Assembly (NCBI GenBank): GCA_963842525.1
Contig: CAWJGT010000024.1
Coordinates: 1 to 64,000, forward strand
Direction: 5' to 3'
Source: an uncultured Holophagales bacterium
GTDB taxonomy: Bacteria > Acidobacteriota > Thermoanaerobaculia > Multivoradales > UBA5704
DNA: 64,000 nucleotides
Positions 42,166 through 52,894 of the stretch are shown in pieces. A model generated the notes under the pieces. That model was not told where the DNA came from and ran no database searches. It saw nothing but the letters and a program-made list of their open reading frames with translations. The first letter of the stretch is position 1; the number at the start of each line of letters is the position of its first letter. The translations under genes and the position numbers were made by a program.

Positions 42166-43926
42166 TCAACTCCGGGAGACCACGACGTCCCCCAACACCA
42201 GGCGGTCCATGCGGGTGCGCAGGAAGCAGTCCAGCGCCTCGGCGGGCGTGTTGACGATGGGCTCGTTCTCGTTGAAGGAGGTGTTGAGCACCATGGGCAC
42301 GCCGGTCCGCTCCTCGAAGGCGCGGATCAGCTTCCAGTAGCGCGGGTTGGCCCGCCGCGACACGGTCTGCAGTCGTCCGGTGCCGTCCACGTGGGTGACG
42401 GCGGGGATCAGGGGCCGCTTCTCGGGCCGGATCGGATAGACCTTGATCATGAACGGGTCCGGATGGTCGATGGTGAACCACGTCGCCCGTGCGCTCCTCC
42501 AGGACCGAGGGGGCGAACGGTCGGAAGGACTCCCGGCGCTTGATCTTGAGGTTGAGGAGGTCCTTCATGTCCGCCCGCCGCGGATCGGCCAGGATCGAGC
42601 GGTTGCCGAGGGCCCGCGGCCCCCATTCCGAGCGTCCCTGGTACCAGCCGACGACCTCGCCGCGGGCGAGAGCCTCGGCGGTCTCCACTGCCAGGCGGTC
42701 CTCGTCAGGGACCGCCTCGACACGGACCTCCCCCCACCTGCCGTCCATTCCCCCCGACTCCGGGAGCCCCGCGGCGATCGCCTTGCGGATCTCCGCCTCG
42801 CCGTATGCCGGACCCCAGGAGCAGTGCTCCATGACGAAGCCGTTCCGTGGCGCGCCGAGCACGGCGTGGTGGACCCAGAGGGCCGCTCCCAGGGAGGTGC
42901 CGGCGTCGCCGGCCGCGGCCTGGATGTAAACGTCCTGGACGTCCGTCCGGTCGAAGAGCTTGCCGTTGGCGAGCGAGTTCATGGCGCAGCCGCCGGCCAG
43001 GGCCAGGCGCGACAGGCCGGTCCGCCTCTGGAGGGCGCGCACCAGGGCGAAGAAGCGCTCCTCGTAGACGGCCTGGAGCGAGGCGGCGAGGTCCTTGTGG
43101 CGTTGCGTCAGCTCCTCGTCCGGGCGCCGGGCCGGCCCCAGGAGCTCCTCCAGCGCCGGGGTGAAGACCCGGCCGAGCTCGGGGTAGCCGTCCTCCCAGG
43201 TCATGTCCACGCCCTCGGAGAGGTGGCGGAAGTAGCGGAGGTCGAGCCGGAACGTGCCGTCCGGCCGCGCGGGCACGACCTGCCGGAGCTCGGCGGCGAA
43301 CGCGGGCTCGCCGTAGGCCGCGAGCCCCATCACCTTGTACTCGTCGCCGAAGCCGGGGAAGCCCGAGGAACTGGGTGACCGCCGTGTAGAAGAGCCCCAG
43401 CGAGTGGGGGAAGTGGACCCGATCGAGGACCTCGACCGAGTTGCCGCGGCCCACGGCCATCATCGGGGAGACGAAATCGCCGAAGCCGTCGACCGTCAGG
43501 CACATCGCCTCCTCGAACGGCGAGCAGAAGAAGGCCGAGGCCACGTGGGCCAGGTGGTGCTCGACGGAATGGAGACGCGGCGAGCGTCCGAAGACGGCGG
43601 CGACCCGCTCCTCCAGCGACTGCACCTGGGCCAGGTTGCGCGCGCGGCCGGCCGCGCGGCGCAGGCGACCGCGGGTGCGAGAGGGCGAGCAGGGCCTTGC
43701 GCAGCAGGTAGGCGCGCGGCTGGCGCGACACCGCCAACGCGGAGACGTCCTCCATCCGGCCGCCCAGCTCGCCCAGGCAGAAGCGCAGGGCCTGCTCCGG
43801 GAACCCCGCCCAGTGCTTGATCCGCCGGAACCGTTCCTCCTCGACGCCGGCCACGAACCGGCCGTCCGCCACCGCCGCGGCCGAGGCGTCCGCATGAAAC
43901 GCGCTGATCCCGAGGATGCGCGTCAT
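42166..43926 (-). CDS. O-carbamoyltransferase (NodU/CmcH family), three frameshifts
   Basis: ILGISAFHADASA..EEERFRRIKH, HHLAH, MGLAAYG, AGGCAMN, GPRALGNRS, RESFRPFAP, HVDGTGRLQTV, LNTSFN spread over four frame segments. Confidence 0.88.
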
Positions 43927-44850
43927 GCCTTTTCCCCCTCTCCCGGAGGTCGGGAGGGCGGTTGGGAGAGGGGGTCAGGGGGTGAGGGGCTCAACATCTC
44001 CTCCAAGCGCACGTCGACGATCAATCGGAACCAGAAGGCCTGGAGGAAATGGAAGACGAAGCCGTTCTTGCCGTCCAGGAACCCGAACAGGAAGAGATAC
44101 CTGTAGACGAAGTAGAGGAACGGCCGGACGTAGAGGGGCATCCGGTACCAGCGGGTCTTGAGCCAGAGCACCCGCTCGTCGGGCGTGCCGAAGAGGCGTG
44201 GCGCAATGCGCCAGGGCAGGCCGCGCCGCCGCTCCACCTCCTCGCGGGCGAAGGCTTCGGCATAGCGCAGGTGCTTCTGGAGATAGAAGAAAATCGCGTC
44301 CTCCTTGCGGTTCCATTCCTCCAGGGGCGTGCGCAGGCGCCCGACCGGGCCGCTCACGTAGACCCGGGTGTCCTGCTCCACCGGGTCGAGCTCTGCCCTT
44401 CCCGCTGCGGAAGAGCTTGAGGAGGACCTTGCTGCCGTAGCCGCCGAACCGGATCGGCTTGCCACGGAAGATCTGCCGGCGGCGGATGTAGAAGCCGTCC
44501 ATATCCAGGTCAGGCCGGGCGAGCACGGCCGCGATCTCTTCGCGCAGCTCCGGGGTCAGGGCCTGGTCCGCTTCGAGGATCAGGATCCACTCGTTGCGGA
44601 TGGGCAGGTTGTCGAGCCCCCACTGGAAGATCCAGGGGATGATGCGGCCGTGCTCGTAGGGGAGGTTGCGTACTTCGTTCGCATAGCGGCGCGCGATCTC
44701 GATCGTCCGGTCCTCGCTCTCCGAATCGATCACGAAGACCTGGTCGGCGAAGCCGTGGACGCTCTGGAGCGAGCGCTCGATGTTGGCCTCTTCGTTGCGG
44801 GTCGTGAAGAGGACGGTCAGGGGGGCGCGGAGCCGCGGAGCCTCGTTCAC
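43923..44850 (-). CDS. Glycosyltransferase family 2 (frameshift near 44396)
   Basis: TRNEEANI, IDSESEDRT, WILILEAD; C-terminal GFLDGKNG. Confidence 0.82.
43933..43990. repeat. REP-like palindrome inside the GT2 3' coding end
   Basis: CCCCCTCTCCC...GGGAGAGGGGGTCAGGGGGTGAGG; translated as PSPPDPLSQPPSRPPGEGE. Confidence 0.7.
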
Positions 44851-45833
44851 GCCCCGGTCGCCTGGCGTTCTTCCGGCCGGCAGGCCAGGACCGTGATGAA
44901 CCGTTCGCGTCGCGTGATCCGGGCGCGAATCCGCACGAAACCGGCGGCGTCCAGGAGCCTCGTCGACGACTCGACGGAATGGTGGGCCACGTGGATGGGC
45001 AGCTCGAGATAGCCCAGAAACGGCGAGGAAGCGAGGTCCTCCACCTCCAGCCACGGGTAGATGGAGGGGAAGGTCATCACCAGCAGCCCGCCCGGTCGCA
45101 GCAGCCGGTGGAGCTCCTGCAGGAGGTCCAGGGGGGCCACGAGGTGCTCGAAGACATGCTCGAGGCGGACGCAGTCCAGGGAGGCTGCAGCGAGGCGCGC
45201 CAAGTCCCCAGGAGGGATGACCCGGATCCCCTGGGCTGCCAGCTCCCTCCCCCTCTCGCTGTTGGCCGCGATGTCGTAACCGGCCAGGTGGGAATACCCC
45301 AGGAGCCGCAAGGCCAGGAGCCACGAGCCGCTGCCGTACCCGTAGTCGAGGATGCTGGCGTCCCTGGGCAGGGTGAGAGGGATGCCCAGGGTGAACGTCA
45401 CCGTTTTCCGGGTCAGGGCCTCGGCAAGGGCCGCCACGAGGGAGCGGGCGTTGTTGACCCACCCCGGATGGGTGAGGTGGAGATAGCGCAGGCGGGCCAG
45501 CGCGTACTTCAGGGAGCCCACCTCCTGCCCCGGGTGGTCGCCCGCGGCCTGGTAGTAGGCGTAGTCGCTTGTATAGAAGCGTTCCAGCACGGCCTCGGAC
45601 GGTGTCGGATGGACGAAGCCCAGGCGGCAGCGGCTACAGAGCCGGAGCTCGATAGGACAGGCTGGCGGTCCGGCCGTCGTCCTGGTAGGTCGATTCGCCC
45701 TGGAGCAGTACGCGGGTGTTGGCGAGCGTGCAGTCGGGCTCAAGACAGAAGCGATTGACGGGCAACCTCGGATGTTCCTCCAGATCGGGCTTTAGAATAG
45801 AACGAACCCCTGCCTCCGTCGAGCCGGGCTCAA
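44847..45833 (-). CDS. Class I SAM methyltransferase with N-terminal Cys motifs (frameshift near 45655; start uncertain)
   Basis: CSRCRLGF, ILDYGYGSG, HVFEHL, LLRPGG. Confidence 0.75.
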
Positions 45834-46972
45834 CGGGCCTCTCCGCCGCGGATGCGGGCGGCGGCCTGCAGCAGGCCCCGCCAGGTGGCGGCGTAGTCCC
45901 AGGCGGCGAGGACGGCCCGGTTGTGCTCGCGGACCTGCTCGGGCCGGAGCAGCAGGGCCTCGTCGATCCGCCGGCCGAGCTCGCCGTCATTGCCGGCCTC
46001 GTAGGTGGAGCCGTTCTTCCCCGGCGTGATCAGATCGAGGGCCGCGCCGACCCGGGAGGAGGTGATGACCGGCAGGCCGCAGGCCAGGGCTTCGGCCACC
46101 GAGACGCCCCAGCGCTCCTCCCGCGCGGGATGGAGGAAGAGGTCCGACGCCGCATAGACCGAGGGCAGCTCCGGATAGGGCACGTAGCCGAGGAAGACGA
46201 CGCGCAGGAGACCCCGTTCGCGGACGAACCGCTCGAGCTCGGGGCGTTCCGGGCCGTCTCCCGCGAGGACCAGCCAGATGCCCGGATCGTAGCGCCGCGC
46301 AAAGGCGCGGAGGAGATCCCACGGCGCCTCCCGCGGGTGGAGCTTGGCCACACAGAGGAGCACGCGGGCGTCCGCCGGCACGCCCCACGACGCCCGCACC
46401 GCCGCCCGTTGCTCGGGCGAGAGGGCCGAGCGCCGGCGGAAGCCGGCCACGTCCACGGCATAGGGAAAGAGGGCCGTGCGCTCCTCGGGGACGCCGAAGT
46501 GGCGAAGATAGCGGAGGGTCAGCGTCCCGACGCCGAAAAAGAGGCGGTACATCCGCTTCAGATAGAGGGCGAAGAGCAGCCGCCTGGTGTGCTCGCGGGG
46601 CGGCGGCGTCTCGAAGAGGGCGGAGTCGAGGCGCAGGCCGGTCGGGCTGCCGGCCAGCCGCGCCATCGCAGCCGCTTGCAGATAGGCCTTGTGGGTGTAG
46701 CCGTTGACGATGACGAGGTCGTTGCGCTCCCGCCGCAACTCGCGGGCGAGCCAGCGGATCCGCCCCTGCGCCGGGCAGACCGCGTGATCGTAGCCGCTCA
46801 GCAGGTCGAACCCCCAGGACACGGTGTGGCCGAGCTCGGGATCGAAGACGGGCTGGTCGAGGCGGGGCTCGGTATAGATCACGCGCAGCCGGTTGTCCGG
46901 ATCGGTGGCCGCATAGCGGTACAGGGGGACCTCGAACTGGGTGGGACGTTCGACGACGAAGGAGAGCCTCAC
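45830..46972 (-). CDS. Glycosyltransferase family 4
   Basis: LAGDGP, ERWGVSVAEALACGLP. Confidence 0.88.
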   Translation of the reverse strand: MRLSFVVERPTQFEVPLYRYAATDPDNRLRVIYTEPRLDQPVFDPELGHTVSWGFDLLSGYDHAVCPAQGRIRWLARELRRERNDLVIVNGYTHKAYLQAAAMARLAGSPTGLRLDSALFETPPPREHTRRLLFALYLKRMYRLFFGVGTLTLRYLRHFGVPEERTALFPYAVDVAGFRRRSALSPEQRAAVRASWGVPADARVLLCVAKLHPREAPWDLLRAFARRYDPGIWLVLAGDGPERPELERFVRERGLLRVVFLGYVPYPELPSVYAASDLFLHPAREERWGVSVAEALACGLPVITSSRVGAALDLITPGKNGSTYEAGNDGELGRRIDEALLLRPEQVREHNRAVLAAWDYAATWRGLLQAAARIRGGEAR

Positions 46973-47023
46973 CCCCTGGCCCCCTCTCCCATCGCTCTCC
47001 CCCCGACCGGGAGAGGGGGGACG
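46967..47023. repeat. REP-like palindrome spanning a gene junction
   Basis: CCTCACCCCCTGGCCCCCTCTCCC...GGGAGAGGGGGGACG; supplies the GTGA stop/start overlap on the minus strand. Confidence 0.7.
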
Positions 47024-48156
47024 TTGCTGGCGCGGATGTGGTGATAGGCGGCTTCCATCTCGGCGGCGACGGCCTCCCATCTGAAGCGCCGCCTTGCTGC
47101 CTCGGCTCCTCGTCGGCCCATGGCGTCCGTGGCGGCGGGATCGGCGAGGAGGTCTCGGAGGGCGGCGCCGAGACGGCTCGGCTCTCCCTCGACGACCACA
47201 CCCGCACCCTCCTCCTGGACGACCGCGGCGAGGCCGACCTCAGGGGTGACGACGACGGGGCGGCCTGCGGCCATGGATTCCAGGGCGGAGTTGCCGAAAT
47301 TCTCGGAGTAGGAGGGGAGGACCAGGGCGATGGCGCGGTGGAGGAGCGCTGCCTTGTCCGCACCGTCGACCGGGCCGAGGAAGACCACGCGATCGGCGAC
47401 TCCCACCTCCCTGGCGAGGGACTCCAGCTTCGGCCGGTATCCCTCCTCGTCGTTGCCGGCGAGGGCGAGGGTGGCGCCGGGGACGTGGGCCAGGGCGGGG
47501 ATCAGTCGGTCGAGCCCCTTCTTCCAGCTCAGGCGTCCCAGGAAGAGGAAGAACGGCTCCCGGACCGGGATGGAGAGCCCGTCGCCGTCCGGGTCCGGAT
47601 CGATCCCGTTCGGGACCACGAAGACCGGCGGCATCGGCAGGCCGAGGCGCGCCGCCTCGTCCGCCTCCAGCCCGGTCGTGGCATGGAGCCCCGCCGCCCG
47701 GGCCAGCGTATGGCGCTCGAACAGCCGGATCCACAGCGCCTTGCGCCACCGCCCCCGCCGCCGCAGGAGATCGGACACCAGCATGCCGCGCGGTGCGAGC
47801 AGATACGGCACGCCGGCCCGTTCCGCCGCCCGCGCCGCCGCCGTCGTCGGCCACAGGAACACCGAGTGGAGATGGACCAGGTCGAATCTCCCGATCTGTT
47901 CCTTCAAGGCCCTACCCATCGCCGGCGACCTGTACAGCCGCCGCGGCGCGCGCACCGGGAAGTACCAGACCTCCACGCCATCCACCTCGACCGCCTCTCC
48001 AACCCGCACCGCGCCATCCGTATCCACGTCCGTCGTGAACACCGTCACCGCATGCCCCCGCGCCGCCAGCGCCCGGCACAACCCATGGACCGACCGGATC
48101 GGCCCCCCATGTTTCCACGCCGGCACGTACGTCGGTACCACATGCAGAAGCCTCAC
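46969..48156 (-). CDS. Glycosyltransferase family 4
   Basis: LHVVP..GGP, FLGRLSWKKG, ENFGNSALESMAAGRP. Confidence 0.88.
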   Translation of the reverse strand: MRLLHVVPTYVPAWKHGGPIRSVHGLCRALAARGHAVTVFTTDVDTDGAVRVGEAVEVDGVEVWYFPVRAPRRLYRSPAMGRALKEQIGRFDLVHLHSVFLWPTTAAARAAERAGVPYLLAPRGMLVSDLLRRRGRWRKALWIRLFERHTLARAAGLHATTGLEADEAARLGLPMPPVFVVPNGIDPDPDGDGLSIPVREPFFLFLGRLSWKKGLDRLIPALAHVPGATLALAGNDEEGYRPKLESLAREVGVADRVVFLGPVDGADKAALLHRAIALVLPSYSENFGNSALESMAAGRPVVVTPEVGLAAVVQEEGAGVVVEGEPSRLGAALRDLLADPAATDAMGRRGAEAARRRFRWEAVAAEMEAAYHHIRASNVPPLPVGGRAMGEGARG

Positions 48157-49346
48157 GGCAGGAAGCCTCGCAGCAGAGCCGCCAGCCGCTGGTGGTAGGC
48201 CGGCCACGTCGCCGCCTCTGCCGCCCGCCGGCAGGCATCCCGCATCGCCCGCACCTCGCCGGGGTGGCGTGCGCACCAGAGCATCCTTTCGGCCAGGGCC
48301 GGCACGTCGCCGACCTGCACCACCCAGCCCGTCTCCCCCTCGCGCACCAGCTCCTTGGCGCCGACCATCTCCGAGACCAGGACCGGCACGCCCGCGGCGA
48401 GTGCCTCCGTCACTACCATCGCATAGGAGTCGTTGCGCGACGGCAGCACCAGGCAGTCGGCGCGCCGCAGCTCCGCGGCAAGGCCCTGTTGGTCCTTGGT
48501 GCCGGTTGCCACGATCCGTTCGTCCCGGCGCTCCGCCAGCAGGTGCGCGGCATCGCCCGGCGGGCCGACGATGCGCAACCGGACCCCCGGTTGCGCCACC
48601 CGGGCGAAGGCGTCGAGCAGCAGGTCGAACCCTTTGCGGTGGATCGAGGCGCCGGCGAACAGGAAGGTGAAGCCGTCCGGGTCGGCCTCCCCGTCCTGTC
48701 GCGGCGTGAACAGCTCCACGTCGGCGCCTAGAGGCATGGCGTGGACCTTCTCTGGCGGAACGCCCGCCTCCAGGTAGGTCTGGCGGGCGAGCTCCGAGAC
48801 GGTCAGGACATGAGAGGCGAGGGCGATCTCCTCGTCCTTGACGAGGGCGATCCGGCGGTGGAGGGTCGGCGGGTCCGTGGTGCCGTGCAGCCGGTCCTGG
48901 GCCGCGTGGTGGATCGACGGCGCGTCGAGAATCGTGGCCATCCCCAGCCGGCGGGCCTCGCGGAAGGTGTCCAGAGCCGAGATCTCGCAGGCGAGGACCG
49001 CGCCGGCCCGTGCATCCGCCAGGGAGGCCGCCGCCCAGCGGTCGAACAGCCGGCAGGCCCGGAAATCGTTCCAGGCGGCGGCGCGGGCCGGGAGCCAGGC
49101 GTCGCCCAGGCGGCGCAGGGCCGGCGTCACGGGGAACCAGCGCACCAGGGCCGGGTCCAGAGGCACGGGGGCGTAGCGGCCGAGCCGTGCGCGCAGAGGG
49201 CCGGGGACCCTCCGGACCTGCTCCTCCAGCACGGGCACGCCCGCCCAGTAGCCGGCGAGCATCCCGGCCTTCTGGAGGCCGAGCGCCGCCTGGTGTGAAT
49301 GCTGCCGCCCCGGATGGGTGACGACGATGCGGGGAGCACCGCTCAA
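48153..49346 (-). CDS. Glycosyltransferase family 4
   Basis: HPGRQHS, RKGFDLL, DSYAMVVTEALAAGVP. Confidence 0.88.
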   Translation of the reverse strand: MSGAPRIVVTHPGRQHSHQAALGLQKAGMLAGYWAGVPVLEEQVRRVPGPLRARLGRYAPVPLDPALVRWFPVTPALRRLGDAWLPARAAAWNDFRACRLFDRWAAASLADARAGAVLACEISALDTFREARRLGMATILDAPSIHHAAQDRLHGTTDPPTLHRRIALVKDEEIALASHVLTVSELARQTYLEAGVPPEKVHAMPLGADVELFTPRQDGEADPDGFTFLFAGASIHRKGFDLLLDAFARVAQPGVRLRIVGPPGDAAHLLAERRDERIVATGTKDQQGLAAELRRADCLVLPSRNDSYAMVVTEALAAGVPVLVSEMVGAKELVREGETGWVVQVGDVPALAERMLWCARHPGEVRAMRDACRRAAEAATWPAYHQRLAALLRGFLP

Positions 49347-50809
49347 GGCCGGAGCCTTTCCACGGAACGGAGGTGGTGGGGCACCGGCAGCCTCTCGCCG
49401 GCGGGGCCGGGCACCCGCGGGCGCGCCCGGACGGCCGGCGCGCCTGGAGCACTTGGAGCCATCGCCGGGACGGTCTGCCGGTCGAGGCGGACGATCAGCA
49501 TCAGGAGGCCGGCGAGGAACCAGTAGTAGACCCCCGAGGTCACGTCGAACACCACGCCGCCGGGGAGGGACGCCAGGAAGAAGAGGAAGCAGGCCACGGC
49601 CAGCGAGCGGTGGAACCGGGTGCGCAGGCGCAGGACCTGGCGGAAGGCGAAGACGACCAGCGCGACCCGGGTCGCGTAGACGAGGAAGAACCCCAGGGGG
49701 CCCAGCTCGATCATCACCCGCACGGACTCCGCCTCGTGCACCATCCCGCGGAGCCAACTGTAGGGCACCAGTCCCGGCGTCACCGCGGCGGCGGTTTGGT
49801 GGGTCGACCCGATCCCGAAGCCGAAGAGGTCGATGGCTTCCAGGGCGCGGAAGGGCGCGGTCCAGGGCGCCAGGGCACGATCGACGATCTCCTGGCCCGA
49901 GCCGGCCACCCGTTCCTGGAAGGCCCCGATGGCCGCGGAGCCCGTGACGCTCACCAGGGCGGCCAGGATGGCCACGCCGACGATGATGCGCCCCGCCGTT
50001 GCGCCGCGCTGCTTCTCCCGCCCCACGGCCAGGCGCCAGTAGACCGGGAAGAGGGCGGCCAGGACCACGATCGGGCCGCGCGAGCCGGTCATGAACATGC
50101 CGAGGACCGTCATGCCCAGCGCCAGGTAGGTCTTCAGGTTGCCCCGGAAGCGCCAGCCGGTCATGCCCAGGACGGCCAGCAGCAGGAAGGCGGTGACGAT
50201 CAGGTAGGCGGCATAGCCCGAGATGAAGGAGAAGGTCGCGGTCACGCGCACGAAGGTCGAGCTGCCGAACGTGACCACGTAGTCGGTCTCCGAGCGGGCA
50301 TAGGTGTTGAGGATGCTGGAGGCCGGGCTGAAGAACTGCGCCATGGCCAGGGCCCCGACCGGGATCGAGATCAACAGGTAGCGCCGCAGGAAGCGGGCGA
50401 GGGCGGCGTCGGAAGGCAGGGTCGCCGGGACGATGAAGAGAAGGGGCACGTAGAAGAAGTAGGCCTTGAAGCCCAGGATTCCCACCAGCAGGTTCGGCAG
50501 GTTCGGATTGAAGATCTCCAGAAGCCCGAAGAGGACGCTCAGCGCAATGGTCCCATAGAGGAGAGGAGCCGAAGGGAGCCAGTCCACCTGAGTCTGCCTC
50601 CTCCGGGTCAGAAAACCGGCGTAGGCGGCGAGGAGGAGGACGTCCTTGGCGAAGTAGATGAGATCCTGCGCCCCGGGGAACAGCCACTTGCGGATGGCGC
50701 CCTCGAAGATCAGCAGCACCATGGCGATCTGGATGGCCAACCGCCAGCGGCGGAAGGCCCAGAGCGCGACGCCGGCGCCGGCCACAAGGAGGAGGATGCG
50801 GATGCTCAT
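49343..50809 (-). CDS. Wzy-like polysaccharide polymerase / O-antigen ligase family
   Basis: About 11 TMs; EGAIRKW, RVTATFS, TGSRG, GFGIGS, IELG. Confidence 0.72.
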   Translation of the reverse strand: MSIRILLLVAGAGVALWAFRRWRLAIQIAMVLLIFEGAIRKWLFPGAQDLIYFAKDVLLLAAYAGFLTRRRQTQVDWLPSAPLLYGTIALSVLFGLLEIFNPNLPNLLVGILGFKAYFFYVPLLFIVPATLPSDAALARFLRRYLLISIPVGALAMAQFFSPASSILNTYARSETDYVVTFGSSTFVRVTATFSFISGYAAYLIVTAFLLLAVLGMTGWRFRGNLKTYLALGMTVLGMFMTGSRGPIVVLAALFPVYWRLAVGREKQRGATAGRIIVGVAILAALVSVTGSAAIGAFQERVAGSGQEIVDRALAPWTAPFRALEAIDLFGFGIGSTHQTAAAVTPGLVPYSWLRGMVHEAESVRVMIELGPLGFFLVYATRVALVVFAFRQVLRLRTRFHRSLAVACFLFFLASLPGGVVFDVTSGVYYWFLAGLLMLIVRLDRQTVPAMAPSAPGAPAVRARPRVPGPAGERLPVPHHLRSVERLRP

Positions 50810-51834
50810 CGTCGTCTGCGCCCTTCCAGGGCCTCCTCGAACACCTCCAGGTAACGCCGGGCCACGGCGGCGGCGGTGTGCTCCGCCAGGTGGGCAGGGG
50901 CGTGCCGCAGCATCTCCGCCTGGGCCTGGGGCGAGCCCAGGACCTCCGCGAGGACCCCGGCCAGCGCCGCGCTGTCGCCGTTCGGAAAGGTCCGCCCGCA
51001 GGGACCCATGGCTTCGCGCAGCCCTCCCCGCTCGGAGCCCACGACGACGCAGCCACAGGCGATCCCTTCGAGCGCGACGATACCGAACGGCTCCTCGTAG
51101 CGCGAGGGGGCAACCAGGACGCGGTGCTCGTTGAGCAGCCTGACGAGCTCCTCGCCGGTCCGGGTCCCCGGGAAGCGCACCTGCGCGTCGAGCCCGAGGC
51201 GCGCCGCCTGCGCCTGGAGGGCCGGTGCCTCGGGGCCTTCGCCCACCACGGACAGATTCGGCCGCAGCCCCTCCCGGGCGAGCCGGCCGAGGGCGTCGAG
51301 CAGGACGTCCACCCCCTTGTCCGAGACGAGGCGGCCGAGGAATATCAGGTCGCGGCGGCGCTCCACCTCCGGCAGCCGCCGGAACAGCTCGTCCCGGTAG
51401 GGATTGGCGATGACGACCGACGGCGTGCTCAGGTCCGCCGCGATGGCCTCGCTCACCGCGACCGATCCCGCGGCGCGGCGCAGGAGGAGCCGCTTGAGCC
51501 GGTCCTGCCAGGCGATGCGGCCGTCGCCGCGCCGGTACCAACTGTGGTGGGACACCACCCAGGGGCGGCGGACGAGGAGCAGCGGCCACAGCCCGCGCAG
51601 GCTGACGTTGGGCTGGAGGAAGAGGTCGCACCCGCGGGCCAGCCGCAGCAGCTCCCCGGGAGACGGACGCCGGACGACCCGGTACGGAAAACGGTCCGGC
51701 TCGCCGGCCGGCGTCGTCGTGGCCACGACCACCTCCTGGCCCAGGCGCACCAGCTCGCCGGCCAAGGTGGCCACATGGATTTCCAGGCCCCCGATCCAGG
51801 GCAGGAAGGCGCGGGTGGAGATGAGGATCCTCAT
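50806..51834 (-). CDS. Glycosyltransferase family 4
   Basis: GGLE, GRLVSDKG, EPFGIVALEGIACG. Confidence 0.9.
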   Translation of the reverse strand: MRILISTRAFLPWIGGLEIHVATLAGELVRLGQEVVVATTTPAGEPDRFPYRVVRRPSPGELLRLARGCDLFLQPNVSLRGLWPLLLVRRPWVVSHHSWYRRGDGRIAWQDRLKRLLLRRAAGSVAVSEAIAADLSTPSVVIANPYRDELFRRLPEVERRRDLIFLGRLVSDKGVDVLLDALGRLAREGLRPNLSVVGEGPEAPALQAQAARLGLDAQVRFPGTRTGEELVRLLNEHRVLVAPSRYEEPFGIVALEGIACGCVVVGSERGGLREAMGPCGRTFPNGDSAALAGVLAEVLGSPQAQAEMLRHAPAHLAEHTAAAVARRYLEVFEEALEGRRRR

Positions 51835-52894
51835 GCGGGCCGCAGCAGATCCGCCAGGGCCACGGCATGCCGGCCGAGGCCGTGGCCGCCGTACCAGGCG
51901 CGGGCGGCATCGGCCGTGCCCTGCAGCGCGCCTGGGTCCGGAGGCCGTCCCGGAGAGAGATAGTGCCGCCCCGCCTCCAAGCCCTGCACGGGCGGCACGG
52001 AGGTGGTGCAGAGGGTGGCCAGGCCGTGGGCGCAGAAGGCCGCGAACACCGACGACTTGGGGAGGAAGTCCGCCGGATAGGCGAGGAACCCGGCGCGCGC
52101 GCGCAGCAGCGCCGCGCTCATCTCCGCGGCGGGGAGCACGCCGAGGTGGACGCGCGGCACCGCGCCTGGACCGGGCGTCGGCGCCGCGACCGGCGGCCCG
52201 GCGTCGGCGACCTCCTCGATGCCCAGGGCCCGGCAGGCGGCCTCCAGCTCCTCGGCATGGTCGCGGTAGACGCGCAGGCGGTTGCCGGCGCTGCCGAAGA
52301 CGAGCATCCGCGGCGGGCGCTCCGCCAGGGGCGGCACCGCCGCGGGCTCCCCCAGCGAGGAGGCCGCCGGCAGGACGGCCGCGGCAGGCCGCCAGCGCCG
52401 CAGGAGGCGGGCGTACAGGTCCAGGCTGGTGGCCGTGGCGTCGCTGGCGCGCGCCAGCCGGGCCGCCAGGCGTCGCTGCACGGGCGAGAGCCAGAACGAG
52501 CTCTGCCAGGGCCGGCCCGTGGCATAGACCTCGTGGAAGAAGGTGACCAGGCGGCAGCCGTCCGCCTCGGCGCGCCACCTCTCCAGGCCATGGACCAGCC
52601 AGGTGGGGCAGCCTCGGGGCTGGTATCCGTAGCCGACGTAGTGGACGAGGACGGCGGCCGGCTCCGCCGCCGTGCCGCCGCGCCACTCCCGCAGCAGCTC
52701 CAGGAGAGCCCCGGCGTCGCGGGCGCGCAACACGGCTGCGGTCCCCTCTTCGGACGGCGCCGGGCGCCAGGAGGGATCGGCCACGGCGAACCGCACCTCG
52801 CCGAGCGCGCCCAGCGGCCCAGCCAGGGAGAGGGCGTAGCTGCCCACCCCGTCGGCAGCCGGGGGAGAGTCGGCACGATCTGCATCAGCCGCAT
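51831..52894 (-). CDS. Glycosyltransferase (GT-B), frameshift near 52870
   Basis: MRLMQIVP..DGVGSYA, HYVGYGY, FHEVYA, KSSVFAAFCAHG. Confidence 0.75.
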
